Origin: an uncultured Acidimicrobiaceae bacterium
GTDB taxonomy: Bacteria > Actinomycetota > Acidimicrobiia > Acidimicrobiales > Bog-793
Direction: 5' to 3'
Assembly (NCBI GenBank): GCA_963785415.1
Contig: CAWAVB010000001.1
Coordinates: forward strand, 1,443,922-1,507,921
DNA length: 64,000 nt
Positions 62,328 to 64,000 of the stretch are shown piece after piece. A program made the position numbers and the translations under genes. The notes below the pieces were generated by a model. The model was not told the DNA's origin, did not search any database, and saw only the letters and a list, made by a program, of their open reading frames with translations. How positions within the stretch are numbered: the stretch's first letter is position 1; each line of letters opens with the position of its first letter.

Positions 62328-62879
62328 TCAGTTCCTGCGGGTCGAGGAGGTGACGACGCCGCGGGTCCGCGTGGTCGAACCGGCGACGCGGACCGCCTGA
62401 GCGCCGGGGACCGTCCCGGGGGTGTGAGGCATCCAGGCCTCGGGGTCGGCCGTGATGAGCCGGACGGTGAGCGGGATGTTGCGCGTCGCGATATCGGCGA
62501 CCGACACGGACTCGAGGATCGAACGGATGTGCTCGCGCACTGCGATCCAGATCTCGATGAGCGGCTCGGCCGAGCCTTTGAAGTCGAGCTGGTCGGGTCG
62601 GACGTCGCCGACCTGGGCGAGCGGTCCTTCGACGGCCCGGACGATGTCGGCCAGGCTGATCTCGGTGGCGCCCCGACCGAGCCGGAACCCGCCCTCGTTG
62701 CCGCGCTGGCTGGCGACGATGCCGGCACGCTTCAGCTCGAACAGGATGTTCAGCAGGAACTTGCCGGGGATGTCCTGCGCGGCCGCGAGCGTTTCCGCCT
62801 TCACCGGCCACGAGTTCTCGAGCGTGGCGAGCTCGACGACGGCCCGGATCGCGTAGTCAGCCTTCGAAGAGATCCTCAC
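62328..62879 (-). CDS. Rrf2-family transcriptional regulator
   Basis: (M)RISSKADYAIRAVVELA...IPGKFLLNILFELKRAGIVASQRGNEGGFRL. The start is the GTG at 62879. Confidence 0.85.
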   Translation of the reverse strand: MRISSKADYAIRAVVELATLENSWPVKAETLAAAQDIPGKFLLNILFELKRAGIVASQRGNEGGFRLGRGATEISLADIVRAVEGPLAQVGDVRPDQLDFKGSAEPLIEIWIAVREHIRSILESVSVADIATRNIPLTVRLITADPEAWMPHTPGTVPGAQAVRVAGSTTRTRGVVTSSTRRN

Positions 62880-62954
62880 GTCCCTATCTTGACGCTTTTG
62901 TGACGACCGCACACGTCCGGCCGGGAGACGGGCCGGGTGCCGGGCGCGCGACGT

Positions 62955-63278
62955 TCAGCTCTTCTTCGTGACCCTGGCGGCGGTGCCGTAAGCGCAGATC
63001 TCGGTCCAGACGCCCCCCATCTCGGAGGTGTCGAAGCGCATCATGAGGACGGCGTTGCCCCCGCGCGCGCTCGCCGCCTCGGCCATGCGGTCGATGACCT
63101 CCTGGCGACTGTTCTCGAGGTTCTTTGTCATCCCCTTCAGCTCGCCGCCGACGATCGACTTCAAGCCGGCGCCCATCTGGGAGAAGGCATTGCGCGAGCG
63201 CACGGTGAGGCCGAACACCTCACCGAGGACCTCCTCGATCTCGTATCCCGGGACGTCATTTGTCGTTGCGATCAGCAT
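62955..63278 (-). CDS. YbjQ-family (UPF0145) protein
   Basis: MLIATTNDVPGYEIEEVLGEVFGLTVRSRN...GGNAVLMMRFDTSEMGG...AYGTAARV. Confidence 0.8.
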   Translation of the reverse strand: MLIATTNDVPGYEIEEVLGEVFGLTVRSRNAFSQMGAGLKSIVGGELKGMTKNLENSRQEVIDRMAEAASARGGNAVLMMRFDTSEMGGVWTEICAYGTAARVTKKS

Positions 63279-63403
63279 GCCCGTGTCCTCCTGGGTCGGT
63301 TCCGCGTCGATGACCCGTCCATAGTGGCCCGTACGGCGGGGCCGCGCGGAGACGAGCCCACGGGCATCGTTCGCGGCGGGGAGGGACGACCGTCCCGGCG
63401 AGG

Positions 63404-64000
63404 TCAGTGACCGGATGGCTTGAACGTGTAGGTGATGAATGCCCGCGGCGGCGCGATCGACCCGACTTGTTTCGATCCGACCTTGATGGTGATGGCCGAG
63501 GCCTGGGCGGAGAGGATGACCGAGGCTGGTCCGCGGACGCTGATCGCCTCGGGGCTCTGCTTCGGCGTGATCGTGGCGGCGAACACGAAGTGCGCGGCGG
63601 TGGGTGGCGATTTCACGAGCGTGTAGCAGGCATTGGTTGTTGCGATGACGATGGTGAAGGACGAGGACGTCGGGACCGAGTAGGTCGCGCCTTTCGTCGA
63701 CGTTGTGAGGAGCACGAGCTTCCCGAGCGCCCGGGAAGGCAGCGTCGTCGTCGAGCCGCCGGAAGACGGGGTCGTCGTCGACGTCGCGCCCGTCCTGCCG
63801 CGCTGGGTGCCCACCGAGGACGTGTTGCGGAGGGATGCGACCCAGCCCGGGTGGAAGTGCTCGGCGGCGAGCCCGATCAGTCCGAGGACGAAGAGGACGA
63901 ACAGAATCCAGACGGCGAGCTCGACGCCCCACGGCGCCGGCAGTCGCCGCTCGATGTCAGGGTGCCAGCCGTCGCCCCGGGCGAACTGCGGGACCGGGGG
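63404..64000 (-). CDS. RodZ-like / DUF4115 domain membrane protein (C-terminal part; gene runs off the right edge)
   Basis: The reading frame stays open to the window edge. It shows a TM helix VELAVWILFVLFVLGLIGLAA, then a Ser/Thr-rich linker, then a beta-rich C-terminus (...FTIVIATTNACYTLVKS...ITIKVGSKQVG). Confidence 0.6.
   Translation of the reverse strand, partial: PPVPQFARGDGWHPDIERRLPAPWGVELAVWILFVLFVLGLIGLAAEHFHPGWVASLRNTSSVGTQRGRTGATSTTTPSSGGSTTTLPSRALGKLVLLTTSTKGATYSVPTSSSFTIVIATTNACYTLVKSPPTAAHFVFAATITPKQSPEAISVRGPASVILSAQASAITIKVGSKQVGSIAPPRAFITYTFKPSGH

Noticed and set aside
61796-63932. Long N-terminal extensions of ORFs 61796..62728 (310 aa) and 62955..63932 (325 aa)
   Set aside because: Only the C-terminal 134 aa (Fur) and 107 aa (YbjQ) show family patterns. 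The extensions overlap the Rrf2 gene and the RodZ-like gene respectively, and are Arg/Pro/Ser-rich.

Overview
This window covers the chromosomal replication-origin region of a high-GC Actinomycetota genome, interrupted by a lower-GC glycan-biosynthesis island. Gene order on both sides of dnaA matches the Mycobacterium tuberculosis Rv3907c..Rv0006 neighbourhood. Left of the origin, mostly on the minus strand: a two-component system, dnaB, rplI-rpsR-ssb-rpsF, panB, a PadR/ino1 block, cca, murJ, trxB/trxA, cwlM, parB-parA, rsmG, jag, yidC, yidD, rnpA and rpmH. Right of it, on the plus strand: dnaA, oriC, dnaN, recF, a DUF721/DciA-like gene, gyrB, gyrA and tRNA-Ile(GAT). Directly after the tRNA comes a roughly 24 kb island (about 34.95-59.2 kb). 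It carries an IS630-like transposase remnant, an ISL3 element and an IS1634-family element. It also carries four cytoplasmic glycosyltransferases, a GtrB-like polyprenyl-phosphate glycosyltransferase, a Wzx-type flippase and two large GT-C-like membrane proteins. Its most interesting part is a tightly coupled rfbF-rfbG-C-methyltransferase-epimerase-reductase operon, predicted to make a CDP-activated branched 6-deoxyhexose. Core sequence resumes with a fur-catalase pair, a Nudix hydrolase, a second Fur, an Rrf2 regulator, a YbjQ-family gene and a RodZ-like gene. Smaller oddities: rpsR carries a 1-nt frameshift, rpsF and recF appear to start at CTG, a divergent toxin/antitoxin-like pair sits between trxB and trxA, and a degenerate LAGLIDADG-like ORF lies antisense between parA and rsmG. 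All calls come from reading the sequence and ORF translations by eye; no database searches were run. Start codons are often ambiguous, and many long ORFs in the track are antisense GC artefacts.
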